Shown here: positions 40,600 to 53,321 of the stretch, one piece after another
How the letters are laid out: each line of letters starts with the position of its first letter
How positions within the stretch are numbered: position 1 is the stretch's first letter
Assembly (NCBI GenBank): GCA_965153285.1
Contig: OZ229112.1
Strand: one strand, 5' to 3'
Source: Podarcis tiliguerta
Taxonomy: Eukaryota
Length of the DNA: 64,000 nt
The notes under the pieces: generated by a model
What the model was told of the DNA's origin: nothing
Seen by the model: the letters and a program-made list of their open reading frames with translations, nothing else
The model's database searches: none
Position numbers and translations under genes: made by a program

Positions 40600-41700
40600 A
40601 TTCGCAGCAGTCTCGAAGTGCGAAACGGCCTCACTAATTCTCCGTTCTGCATGCGCAGCTGCACTGGCTTTCTTGCCAGCAACCCAGGAACACACCTCAG
40701 AGCCACCAGGCACGCGCCGCTACCCTCCCCAAGCCTCGCCTGGAGGCGGAAATGCCAAGAGCGGAAGAAAATGGCGCCGGCAGAATAAACTTAATCCGAA
40801 CCCTAAAAGGTGTGTGTCGGTGGCGGGGAAGAGCAGACGGAGGTTGAAACCAGCAGACATGAAAGGACCCTTTCCTCTTCCTAGCATATATTTCGGAGGA
40901 CCCGTATTCTCTTGTCAATAGTGAGGGGGGGGGTTAGCCCCTAAATGGCTAACCTCCCCCCGCCCGCCCACTTCTCGTTAAGGGAGTCTCTCAGGGGCCG
41001 CGTCTGCCCTTACCAAAGATGGCGGTCGGACCGCTTTCTCCAGCGGGTTCCAGTGACGTGAGTTTCTGTTCCGGGTGAGTCCTAGCGGGCGCCATTTTGT
41101 GTGGTTCGGGAAAAAAGCCTACCGGAGAGACGGAGGCAGCCCAAGAGCTGCTAGTGCCGCCGGTCGGCGGGGAAGGAGCGGGAGGGGGTGAGTAACGGCC
41201 CACAGGGCGGCTGCCGTTGAAAAGACGCTCGACGCCGCCGAAGGACTGGGGCGCCTTTCCCTTCGCCGTCAGGGGGCGCGCCAGGGCTCGGCGCTGTTGC
41301 CCCAGCAGCCGGGGCGGTTGAGAAGGTGGGGGGGGAGGGGTCTGCCCTCTGGGCCCATGTGAAGAAGCGTGGAGGGATTGGCCCTTCTCGATTCCCCCAC
41401 ATGGGTTGACTCGCAGCGGGCGCTTATTTTCTGCACGTAACTCTTTTTCTCGAGGTTCTCTTTCCCCCACCCCTCACGTACCCACCCCCTTTTGCGCATG
41501 CGCCGTTGTCCTAGCTGTGGTACTGAACGGGCGAGTTGAGATTAAAACCCGTTACGAATCCATAATGCGCATGCGCATGTGCGCTCCCGATTGATCGGAA
41601 TGAAATATATGGGGGTTGACGTTTGGGGCCGGTGGTGGTTTTGTTGCTCGTGGTGCCTGGAGGGAAGGGATGGAGTCAGTCACGCCCATTGGCTCGATAA
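40600..41700 (+). promoter_or_regulatory. PNISR: CpG-island promoter and non-coding first exon of PNISR
   Basis: Sharp rise in GC and CpG; YY1 motifs AAAATGGCG 40768, AAGATGGCGG 41016, CGCCATTTT 41090; CRE-like TGACGTGA 41054; NRF1 TGCGCATGCGC 41493 and 41566; GTGAGT donors at 41058, 41075, 41188. Confidence 0.85.
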
Positions 41701-42019
41701 GCATGTATAGGCGTTTTTATGATACAGGATTACTGGCTGATAGTTGCCATAAAGGGGATAGATGCTTTTTAAGCTAAGTGGGTTTCCCCCTCGTGTAATG
41801 GTAAAGCAATTCATACTTCGCTACATAATCGTCTGGCCCAAAAATGTTTGTCAAATTCTTGCAGTTATTCATGTGAACTCTGATAGTGTTTTCCAACAGT
41901 ACCCTGCACATGTTTTCTTGGGAGTAAGCATTGTTCAGTTTAGTTAGGCCTAGCCGCAAACATTGAGGCTCAGGAAGGCAGCTCTAACCTCACGGATCTT
42001 GCACAGATCGGCAGAGGGG

Positions 42020-42310
42020 GAGCTCCCTTGGTGTTTCCTCAGCCCCCAGATGCCCAAAGGGGAGCGGTGGCAGAGCATATTTTCTGTGGCAACCCTGAAG
42101 TTGTGTTATCCTCTCATTATTCTGGCAACCTCATTATACAGCTTCTGGCAAATGCTGAAAACGCACCTATTTACCCAGGATTTTGCTACGTGAGATTTTT
42201 TAACTGATTGTTTTCAGGATGTTTTTGCTTTTTCTTTTTAAATTGTGTATCTTATTTGTCTTCCTGGGTACCTTGGGGAGTAAGGGTGGGATATAAACAC
42301 AATAAATAAT
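42020..42310 (+). mobile_element. Degenerate L2-type LINE 3' end
   Basis: gagcatattttctgtggcaaccc...gctgaaaacgcacctatttacccagg...gggtgggatataaa tail pattern. Confidence 0.45.
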
Positions 42311-44406
42311 CAGTGCCGGGATGGGAGACAGCCTGGGAACTTTATGTATAATGATTTGGGTTCCATGATGGAAGAAAGTTGAACTATAAATGAAATAAAT
42401 GAAAGATTATCATGGTTAGGATTACCAATAATTTGCAGCCTTTCACATCTTTGCTATGAAAGCATGTGTGCTAACTGAAGCACTCTACTTCATTTTGCTT
42501 CACAGCAGTAAAATCTGTGATTGTGTACACAAAACATTGGGGTAGGAACTAAGCTTTTATATACAGATTATTTCAGCAATTCAAGTGGTTTTACATGCAC
42601 TATCTAAGTAATCCTAATAAAGATTCTGTAATGTAGGAGAGTATTTTGACATTGTAGATGGGAAGAAGAGGAAAGAGAGAGTAGCAATTTTGCTGAATGC
42701 TACCAGCTGAGTTAATGGCTTTGAGATTTTAAACAGGGAATTCACAGTTGACAGTTCTTAGTCCCCACTGTATACCAACTCTGGATGGCCTGAGTGTAAA
42801 TATTTCATGGAAAAGAAGCTTCAGTATGCATGGAACAGTTACATTATTGATGGAAATGCATGTAGAATGCAGTGTTCAGGAATATGTACAAAAGGACTTG
42901 TCTTGTCCATGCTAACATATAGTGTTCAAATCATACAGCTATTTTGGTAACTTAATTCTAACTTAGTCTGCTCAGAAGTAGGTCTTATTGTATTCAATAA
43001 GACTTCTAGATAAGTGGGGTTATGGTGGGAAACTAAGGTACTACAACATACTTATCAACTTCATACACTTCTCAACATACACTGAAAACTGAAATACTCT
43101 GATAGTCAAAAATTCACTGTTGGGTAATCTATGTTGATAACATCCAGATGTCTCTCTGTACCAGCCATTGTCTAAATAATTATTTTTGTTTTAAGTCCCA
43201 CCTCTTTCAAAAGGTTTGGGATGAATAATAGCAGCTCAAGAAAATAAAGTAAAAACAGACTATCTAGTTAAAATATTTAGAAATTAAAATTACCACATGG
43301 GTGTCAAAACTTTGGCTGTCAAAACTCCAGACAGGAAGGCTTTGCTGCACTTCTGGAAATCATTGAAGCTTGAACTTCAGTGAATAACTTCACACACCTA
43401 ATGCGTGAAACATCTGCACCCAAGTTTACTTTTCAGCAAAATCATACATCAGCCTTGGCCACATTTTTGCCAATTGCAGTTTACTTTTGGGAGCTGACAT
43501 AGTTATACTGTGATGGGTGTTCTGGGAATGCTCTAATGGCTCCTCAGCAACATTTTGCTTGTTGGAATTTTCATTGTGCTTAATAGAGGACAAAATAGAC
43601 ATATACAAGGCATATGATATTAGTTAAAGAAATATAAATATAAAATATAAAGGACCAGTGTGGCTTTAAAAGTAAAATATATCTGTATCTTGTTGCATAT
43701 GATCCTGTGTAGTCAAACTGGTGTCTGAGAATTAGGGGAAATAGTGTTTTCCATTAAATAGATTTTAGTTCAGGTCAGATCTGTTCTGCGGTTTTCCAGG
43801 ATAGTTTATAAAAGATTAAAATTAAAAACATTAAAAAGCCATAGTATAAACAAACAGCATAAAAGCAAACACCAAAGCATAAAAGTAATGTAGATAGGAT
43901 TAAAAGGCTTGAACAGAAAATAGGTATTTGCTTACTCATGAAATTACATGGCGTTTTCAGGCAATGCTCCCTGGGTACAGAATTCTACAACTGGAGGGCT
44001 GTGCACTCCAATTGTAAAACAAATAAGTAGGTTGATTTCTTTAACCACCCGCTGCACCTCAGATGATGACCTATTGAAGATCTTAGTGAAACATATGTAG
44101 CATGGTACTAGTAACAAACAGGAAATTTCAGCCTCTTCTATATAGAGTACATATGTTAGATTGTGTTGGAGTCATGTATGTTTAGTATGTACTGGTCATC
44201 TGTTTTCAGTCCTTTACTGAAATTACACACATATTCCCATCTGCTGAGAGTAGGTAGCCAGCTTGGGGATGCAAGTTCAAAGGCAGAAAGAATAATTTTG
44301 AAACTTTTATTAATAGAAGTAAAGCATTTGAGATCAAAAAGGTATCAATTGCATCATTTTAGAATACTGAAAAATAAGGCATGTACGAATGGTAGAAGAT
44401 CTAGAA

Positions 44407-44543
44407 CAGATGTGGAGAACCTTTGGGCCTCCAGATGTTACTGAACTAGAACTCCCATCAACACTGCAAGCATGACCAATGGCTAAGGATGATGGAAGTA
44501 GTAGTTCAGCAACATCTGTAGGGTGAAAGCTTCCCTATATCTA
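44407..44543. mobile_element. Palindromic hAT-type MITE
   Basis: cagatgttactgaacta / tagttcagcaacatctg fold-back; left flank atctagaa. Confidence 0.75.
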
Positions 44544-45076
44544 GTACAGAAGAAGAAAATGATTCATATTTTGGGAATATTTATAGATGAAACCTTACTG
44601 TCTGGCTCATGCTAAAATAGTTTAGCAGTGGAGGACCAATGTTGGCTGCTCCTCACCTACACATAAACCGTCTCTAGTGTGAACTTGGCTCTCTGCATAT
44701 GCCCATTTGACTTGTGAGCTCCCCCTGCTTTTTGAAGGGAGAAAATCACATTAATGTGTCTCCATTCAAACTTAAGCAGATGAGCCAGTTACACATGGAG
44801 GAGAGGGTGGTCTTGTGCCACTCATTCATCATTATTCTGTTGCAGTGCCATCTCAGCTGAAATTATGAGAATTGGGGCGGCATGCAAGATAGAGTGTTGC
44901 TTTTCAGTGGTTCTGTACTGACACTTTCCACCTGGAAATTATATACTGTTCAACAAGAAGAGGAGGCAAATAGAGGAGAAGGCAAGAATCAAAAGGCAAC
45001 TTTTTCATTTATGTTTGGACTGCTCTGATACATAGTAAAAAGTTTTTCCAAAATTATTAGGAAGTACATTCCATTA

Positions 45077-45113
45077 GTCCATGGGGTCACGAAGAGTCGG
45101 ACACGACTAAACA
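45077..45113 (+). mobile_element. Ultra-short (37 bp) Bov-B 3'-end insertion
   Basis: gtccatggggtcacgaagagtcggacacgactaaaca flanked by perfect 11-bp TSD acattccatta (45066-45076, 45114-45124). Confidence 0.9.
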
Positions 45114-45217
45114 ACATTCCATTAAATATAATGGTTTTTCTTAATATATGTAAGATATTGGTCTCTGATGGATTAAAACATAATAAAAACTAGGCAATAG
45201 CAATCTGCTGTTGCTCT

Positions 45218-45275
45218 GCGTGCTCTGGTCCATGGGGTCACGAAGAGTCAGACACGACTAAACAACAACAACAAA
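45218..45275 (+). mobile_element. Second short Bov-B 3'-end fragment
   Basis: gcgtgctctggtccatggggtcacgaagagtcagacacgactaaa(caa)n. Confidence 0.88.
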
Positions 45276-45768
45276 GCCAGCGGAATGAGTTCTAGTATTT
45301 CAAATTTCACATCATTTGGAATTCAACAATACTTATGAAGGAGAGACCTATTTTATAGTTCTGTGAGGCATTTTATGTGTAAATATATAATGGCGTAACT
45401 TTTCTTGTGTACTAGATGATCGTAGGATTGTTTGTTGTCACTTCTGTTTGTTCAAAAAGTTTTAAAATCCCAGAAACTATAGGTCATGTCTTAATTTATA
45501 TGAATGGTTTGAACATTAGCATATTTCTAGATTCTAAATCCAACTGCATCAGAAGGAATTGGGGTTCCCCCTTGTAAAATTCAAGCCTGGAATATTGTAT
45601 CTTAGCTGCACCAGAAGAGCAAGGCATTCAGAAACAAGGCAAAAGATGGCAGGGATAGGTCGTGAAGGGACAATATGTCTAGATCTAGTAAAGTATTTCC
45701 TATTCAGTCAAGTGGAAACAAATTCAGTCTTAATAATGCATGTAGATTAGTACCCTAATACTCTAGCG

Positions 45769-45905
45769 CAGGGGTAGGCAAAGTGGTGCCCTCCAGACAT
45801 TGTTGAACTTCGACTCCTATCAGCCCCAACCATTATAGGCAATGGTCGGGTTGATGGGAGTTAAAGTCTGACAACAACTGGAGGGCACCACATTGACTAC
45901 TCCTG
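45769..45905. mobile_element. Palindromic hAT-type MITE
   Basis: caggggtaggcaa.gtggtgccctccag / ctggagggcaccac..ttgactactcctg; TSD-like ctctagcg / ctataggg. Confidence 0.78.
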
Positions 45906-46970
45906 CTATAGGGCTTCTGTGAAACACTGAAGGGAAAACCAAGTGGTTGGATTTGAAGATGGCTTCCTACTGTTTATGGAAAGATTGTCTTCCATCTCAC
46001 ACTGGAATGTTGTGCAAAGAAAGTAAAAGTAAATTCACCTGCTTGCACAAGAGCTTCTGCAGCCTCCTAGTGGATGATTCTGAACTGCTATAGTATAAAC
46101 CAAGGGTGGGATTCAATGTATGAATGAGTCTCATCAGTGAAAGCCCCGTGCAAGGACTTCTGCTTGTGCAACAGGGCTCCCTCTCTCCCCTGTGTGCCCC
46201 CCAAAATTGGCTGGGGTTGTTAGAGGGGAGCATTCCATCTGGCAAGACAAATCACATTACTGTATGGTGTTGAATTCCTCCCCATGCCTGTTATTTTATA
46301 TGAATTTTTGTGCAAGCTGTTTATCGAATCTCTTGTTCATGGTTCTTCGTATCCAGTATACAATAATTTCAAAGATGTATATCAAGCATCTTCCATGCTG
46401 GATATATTCCCAGAGCAGCTTAGAAAATAATACAACAATTTATTTCAATACTGTAATGTAACACCTAAATACAATAATAATAAAATAAAAAACCAGTGGA
46501 GTGTAATCAATATGTTGGAAAATTGGAAGGGTGTGTGTGAAATATTTGGTGCCAAAATGACATCCAAGTGAATGCCAGGTGAGCCTCCCTGGGGAGAACA
46601 TTCCACAGGCAAGTAGTCATGTGAACAGTGAACAGGCGATTCTCTTTTTGTACTTGGTAGCTACATGCCTTACTATAGAGCATTGAAGCACATGGGAAAG
46701 AGCCTCAGATGCTGACCTTAGTGATCAAGCAGACTGGTAATGAGAAAAAGTGGTCGAGCATGTTTGCTTGGGAGAACAGAAATATTCATTTCCTTCAGTA
46801 GTTCCCACTGCTTAGGGTAGCATTCATAGAATTGTAAGGAAGGAAGTTACACTTTCCCATGTTATGAGTTTGTCTGTGTTTGTGTAATATTTACAACAAA
46901 ATAATAATTTCACTTTTGACATTGTAATAATCTTGTTACAAATATTTGTTGAATCCTACTTTGTAGGAAT

Positions 46971-47328
46971 GGGACATGGGTGGCGCTGTGGGTTAAACTG
47001 CAGAGCCTAGGACTTGCCGATCAGAAGGTCGGTGGTTCGAATCCCCGCGACGGGGTGAGCTCCCGTTGCTCGGTCCCTGCTCCTGCCAACCTAGCAGTTC
47101 GAAAGCATGTCAAAGTGCAAGTAGATAAATAGGTACCACTCCGGTGGGAAGGTAAACGGCGTTTCCGTGCGCTGCTCTGGTTCACTAGAAGCGGCTTAGT
47201 CATGCTGGCCACATGACCCGGAAGCTGTACGCCGGCTCCCTCGGCCAATAAAGCGAGATGAGCGCCGCAACCCCAGAGTCGGTCACGACCGGACCTAATG
47301 GTCAGGGGTCCCTTTACCTTTACCTTTG
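46971..47328 (+). mobile_element. Full-length Sauria SINE
   Basis: Near-identical to the 27457 copy; (accttt)n tail; TSD ctttgtaggaat / cttagtaggaat (11/12). Confidence 0.93.
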
Positions 47329-48040
47329 CTTAGTAGGAATGTTTCAGTAGGTATCCAGAAGTATTTCTAAGGACATGTCTCTTAAGCATATTGATAGCTT
47401 TCTGGTCTGTGCCCCACCCTACCCCGCCCAGTAGCAGTTTTATTTAAGCAAATGATAATACATTATAGTCTCAATAATTAATTGGCTTTTCTTGGCACTT
47501 CAAAGTCATAGTGTGCTTTGAGAATACTTTTGTTATCACCTGTCTAGTCACAGAGACTAAATTAATCTTTCTTGACCGGGGTTCTTTGGAAGGCACTTCT
47601 GGGCCAATGCCTGTGATTTGGCAACTCTTCTAGACATCTTTTCACAATATATTTATTTCCCAAAAGTGTTTATTGTTGTTTTCCCTCTCCTTCACAATTT
47701 TGTTAGGAATTAATGTAATATCTAAATTGACCAGTTTTCTGAAACTGTAAAGTTCTGGAAGTGTTTACTTGTTTCTCAACTGATGACAATCCTGCAATAT
47801 GAAATGGCAATTCTGTTATTTGCAATTGTCTGGTATAGAAGTGTTTCTGGATGCTACTGGGAATTGGAACAAAATGAAAATGCTACTTGATCTGTTTGAG
47901 ATAATGTTTGGGTAGTTAATTTTATTTTAAAATATAATTTGTGACTTTTGAAAGAGTTAAATGACTCTAAACACATGAAGCTTCAACTCAAACATCAACT
48001 GTTATTCTTGATTAAATGTAGAATATATAAAGAACTAAAG

Positions 48041-48128
48041 ATGTGGGATCAAAGCGGACAGCCTTGGCAACAGTGGCCTTTGAATCAGCAGCAATGGATG
48101 CAGTCATTTCAGCACCAGCAAGATCCAA
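48041..48128 (+). CDS. PNISR: PNISR first coding exon (exon begins about 48022)
   Basis: tgtag| at 48021; MWDQSGQPWQQWPLNQQQWMQSFQHQQDP then A|gtaagt; recognisable PNISR N-terminus. Confidence 0.96.
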
Positions 48129-49444
48129 GTAAGTGAATAGTTGGGAAAGTGCTTTCAAGATTAAAGCTAGCACAGCAATTAGCATTTTAGGATTTTGACG
48201 AGGACATGATCTTTCACCTGCTACAGAATTAATGAAGCTAATCTGTTCCATTGGGCAGCATGCAACTTACATGTTTCACCAGTGCAAGGATTCTCATTAG
48301 CACAACGAAACTTTCTCCCTCTATCTTCCACTGCATGCACCCCACAGCCTCCCCAAATCTGCAGAAAATTGAGGGAACCCCTGTAATAAATTGGGGAGGC
48401 AAGGGAAGGCGAGAGGGTGAGAATCCCATTGCACAAGTGGAAAACCTTGTACATGTAACACTAGGTTGAATACAACTGTTAGTATTTTATTTGCTATCTT
48501 TTGATTTCTTGTATGTTGACTTGAAGTAGGTTGGTTGACAATTTGTTATAGTCTTTTTAAAACTATTATGGTCAGCACCAGCACCCCTCAATTAGATCAG
48601 AATGCACTAACTAAAGAATACTACTAGAATGCTTACAATGAATCCTACTTGGGTAACATGGGTACCCAAAAATAATATTGCAACTTTCAGCCTTGAAAAT
48701 GATAGTAAATTTAGGTTGTCTGGCTGAAAAGTATTCCCGCCCCCCAAAATAGCTTCTGGGAGATGGGAGAAAGAAGATAGGCTGCAATTTAAAATGGGTG
48801 CATACCACATCCATTTAAATCCATCGGCAGTTTTCCCCTTGACTTCAGTGTGATGCTGATTTGAACCTTTTAGGCTGCAAGCCTTCAAGTAGACTGCTTA
48901 AATCTTTAAATCCCATTAAAATTGGCGTGTGTTCAGGATTGCAGGGGTGCAGCCCATTCCTACATATTCAGGAATAAGTTTCACTAAATCCATTGAAGCT
49001 TAAGTATGCCTGCTAAATATGTATGCACATTATAGCAACTGGAGTATTAGTACCAGTACAGGTTTCATTCTCTGAATACAGCTGACAAAGTCTGTTTATT
49101 AGATATTTTTGAAATGGCGCATTGGAAGAAACTGTGATAGGACAATGAACTGTTTTGGTAGTTTTAAGGTGCAGTCTTAAGAAGGAAGTCCCACTGTGTT
49201 CACTGGGGCTCATTTCTATGTGTGTGTATATAGGATTACAGCCTAAATCTAATTATTATTTGCCTTATTTGAAACAGAAAATAGATTAATGCATATAAAT
49301 TATGTGAAGGACCCTTTTAAAAGGAAGCTTTTAATATACTTCCTATGACATGTGAATAAGGTGCTGTTCTGATGGGCTTGACAAATATGTCTTCCTAATT
49401 CTGCCATGGAAATCTGTACGTTGAAAATCTAATTTTATTTCTAG

Positions 49445-49630
49445 GCCAAATTGACTGGGCAGCATTAGCTCAAGCATGGATTGCTCAGCGAGAAGCTTCG
49501 GGGCAGCAGAGTGTAGTGGAACAGCAAGGGATGATGCCAAATGGCCAGGAGATGACAGGCATGGAGCCTGGTCCAAACAACCATGGCAACTTTCAGGGTG
49601 ATCCAAACTTCAACAGAATGTGGCAGCCAG
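49445..49630 (+). CDS. PNISR: PNISR coding exon
   Basis: tttctag|GC...CCAG|gtttg; SQIDWAALAQAWIAQREASGQQSVVEQQGMMPNGQEMTGMEPGPNNHGNFQGDPNFNRMWQP. Confidence 0.96.
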
Positions 49631-50538
49631 GTTTGTTTTTTAATACTTTCCTCTTTGCTTTTGGATTCTAACACTGATATGCTCTATCTTTCTAAGCCCG
49701 GAGCATCCTTGGAAAAGGCAAGTTGACTGCAAGATCCAAACCTCATTGGCTTTGAATTATTTTCTCTGTTAATGCACAGAATATAAATTAGAGCGTATAG
49801 TTCTGCCCTTTGTAGTGCTCTGTGATACGCACCTAGATGCTGCCTTAATCAGCCAGCTGTAGTCAGATTCAGGTTCTGGTCAGATAGCAATCTATAGATC
49901 AAAATGTTTTCTATTCCCTCACAGGCATTTCATACGCAGCCTTACATACCAGTAAGTCTGGTGCCTTTTCAGCAGTTGCTGCTGTTCTTCCTCTATGCTT
50001 CAAATGGGCCAACTTTATTTGTTAAAATGGTACAAATGTACTTACGGTACATTGCTTAATGTACATGAAGGATTTTTCAGTTTCACAAACTCTTAAATGT
50101 ATTTCAAATTAGGCTGGTTAAAGGATACAGTATGGAAATGTATAGTTGAAAGTTGTCCCCGTCCCCAGTTCTGCCTGTATGCCTAGTACAGCTATATGCT
50201 AACGGAAATGGTAAGCTACTTGGATAAACTAGCCAAGAACAGTGTTCTTCCTCACTGGCTTGTTTCATGATCCTTTTTCAAGTGCACAACTAGCTCTTAG
50301 TACGTTATGGATGATGAAACACAAGATCATCCTGATTTTGGTTGATTTCATGGTATATTCAGCCAGCAAACAAAAATCAAGAAGGCATATCAGTGATAGT
50401 CTGGACACAAACAATGAATGCTAGCTTTATTAAGGTATATATTTGTGTGTATTTTACATTAAAGGTTTTATTTTGAAAGTCTCAAGAGAAGTAATGGAAA
50501 AAATGAGTTGTTAACATTTTGATTTTAAATCCAAACAG

Positions 50539-50765
50539 ACTGGAGCATGCCCCACCAACCCCCTCATCCACCTCCAGAGCAGCCATGGATTCCTCCAGCA
50601 CCAGGCCCAATGGATATTGTTCCTCCATCGGAAGACAGCAACAGTCAGGACAGTGGGGAATTTGCCCCTGACAACAGGCATATATTTAGTCAGAATAATC
50701 ACAACTTTGGGGGACCACCACCTGATAACTTTGCAATGGGCCCAGTGAACCAGTTTGACTATCAG
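50539..50765 (+). CDS. PNISR: PNISR coding exon (Pro-rich)
   Basis: aaacag|AC...CAG|gtgaa; DWSMPHQPPHPPPEQPWIPPAPGPMDIVPPSEDSNSQDSGEFAPDNRHIF...NQFDYQ. Confidence 0.95.
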
Positions 50766-52456
50766 GTGAAACATTTCTTGCTTAAATATTGTAAGCATGC
50801 AGAGCCCATTCCACGGAGTTGTGCCTCTAGTGCTGATTTTCAACAGAATCCACAAGTTTTATTGTTTGCTCAGATACAATTTGTCATCTGCAAACCACCT
50901 GCATTGTGAACACCTCTTTATAATTTGGTTGTTAAAACACCTCGTTTTCCAATGCAATAAGTTTTGTGTAAAAGAGAAAAATATGAAAGAAAACAAAATG
51001 CTTAAATACATGAACAAGTGTATTCTGAGAAGGAACTGCCTGTTTAGAAAGATAGCCTAGATGATTTAGTATTTATTTTCCACTTCTCACCAGTTTGATT
51101 TGATTCATAAAGGTGAATTATGCCCACAATATCAGTTTCCAAAATGAATTCTGCGCTTCTGCACACAACTAAGCTTCTCTGAAATACAGTAATTTAGAAG
51201 TGTAGAACTGGCCAAAATTATAGCCATTTACTCTGGTTCTGCTATTTTTCCTGGGCAAGAGTCCAAGTATGTGCAAGGAACACCTCTACCTGAAAAAGCA
51301 TCTCCATTCATTTTACTGGAAGTGTATATTTCTTTAGGTGTGTGGATTGAAATGAGCAGTGTGGACTGCTGTGCACATTCATGCTTTTGAGTCTGTGTGG
51401 GCTTTCTGGATTAGGCTTTTCAGAGGAAGTGCCAAGTTCCATTAATTTCAGTGGCACTTAAACATGCCTACACTTTTCTGAATTGCCATTATAAACAGTA
51501 TGTCGATGTTATACAGTGTTATAAAGTATGATATATGGCAGTCAAATATGAAGTTGTAAATGATTTTTTTAAGTAAACATCAGTGGAGAATGACTCTTTC
51601 AGTGCTCTTTCTTTTCCCTTTTTCACTTCTGTGTCAAATCCCCACATGCTTATTAGATGTAGATATTACAAGTTTTTCCCCCTGGCCTTTTTTAACTGAA
51701 AAAAATGCTGCAGACTTTAATGTAATTGTTAGATTGGTCAGCTGAAGCTCTACACACAAATAAAAATGTACACATTGAATTTTTGGGACTGAGATTGACG
51801 CAGACATTTGCTATGCGGATTGTTCTCACACATATCACATTTATATAGTTTCCCTAGGCAGCTTACAAAAATATTAAAGTACGACATATAACAATTAAAA
51901 TGAAATTAAACAGTAAGAGGCAGCCAAAAAGCCCACACCATTCCTTAGAACAGAGATAGCATAAACTAATTTACAACTCTCATAACCAGGGGGCAAGTAT
52001 GATTTAAAAAGAAACTTAGATGTTATGTTCCTTTACTTTATATTCCAAACTAGCAGCTGGCTTACTGCAGCTACAGTGGCTTTCCTTTGAACTATAAATC
52101 AAGCTGATAATTGTAGTTGAAATTAATATAATTAATATATCTACTTAAATCTTCTCTTCCAACACCCATCCAATACGGAAGGGACTTGGAACTTTTCCAG
52201 TTTATTTATGTTGTGTTACAGTAATGCAAAATTCCTATTTCTGAATTCTGAAATGAGAAGGACTAGTCAATTTTCTTTTCTGAAACTGTCAACTTCACAG
52301 TTTAGACAATATAGGCTGTCCTTTAAAATATTAAAAGGGCTTCTATACAACTTTAGTAAGGTTCTTTCTACTGTGCATTTTTGTACAGACCAAATATTAA
52401 AGTTAGGAAATGTGTAGCATTGATCTGAAAGAAAATGAGCTTCGTTACTCTTTCAG

Positions 52457-52643
52457 CATGGGGCTAATTTTGGTCCACCTCAAGGTGGGTTTCATCCACC
52501 TTACTGGCAGCCTGGACCACCAGGCCCTCCAGGTCCTCCAGCACCTCCTGCACCACCTCAGAACCGAAGGGAGAGGCCAGCATTCAGAGATCGCCAGCGT
52601 TCACCTATCACATTACCTGCAAAACAGGAGACTCCTCAAATCG
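52457..52643 (+). CDS. PNISR: PNISR coding exon (Pro-rich)
   Basis: ctttcag|CAT...ATCG|gtatg; HGANFGPPQGGFHPPYWQPGPPGPPGPPAPPAPPQNRRERPAFRDRQRSPITLPAKQETPQI. Confidence 0.95.
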
Positions 52644-52820
52644 GTATGTCCTCATCATATTAATTTTAATAGATGTAGTGCCTTGGGCTGAACCAGCTCC
52701 TGTTATCAGTACAGTACTATCACAGCTTGAGCGAGCTGATCTTGGAGCCCCAATAGGAGAGAAAATGCTGAGAAAATGCATGGCCAGGAGATCTTCCCTT
52801 GCACCTTCCTATGCTGTGGA

Positions 52821-53124
52821 TTTCAAATGGTGGTGTGAGCTCCTGTTGCTCTGTCCCAGCTCCTGCCTACCTAGCAGTTCAAAAGCATGCCAGTGCAAGT
52901 AGATAAATAGATACCGCTGTGGCAGGAAGGTAAAAGGCGTTTCATGCACTCTGGTTTCCGTCACGGTGTTCTGTTGCACCAGAAGCAGTTTAGTCATGCT
53001 GGCCACATGACCCAGAAAGCTGTCTGTGGACAAACGCCGGCTTCCTTGGCCTGAAAGCGAGATGAGCACTGCAACCCCATAGTCCCCTTTCACTGAACTT
53101 AACTGTCCAGGGGTCCTTTACCTT
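52821..53124 (+). mobile_element. 5'-damaged Sauria SINE of a different subfamily
   Basis: gtgagctcctgttgctc...cctagcagttcaaaagc...gtgcaagtagataaatag...ggggtcctttacctt; extra internal segments compared with the other two copies. Confidence 0.85.
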
Positions 53125-53321
53125 AGCCACATCCCAACTCCTATTTATGTGTTTGCCACCACAATGTCTAGCTTAGCCTAGGAAGAGAATTAGAAAGCTA
53201 CAGTGGCTTTCTCTCCGTGAAACATCCTAAAAACCTCAAACACATCCATTATCTTATGAGCTTAAAAAGAAAATGAATGGGTTCCTTTTTAAGAAACTTA
53301 CTTTTCTGTATGAATATTTAG

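Noticed and set aside
40417-41594. Many ORFs on both strands
   Set aside because: Expected from stop-codon scarcity in a CpG island; promoter / non-coding exon region.
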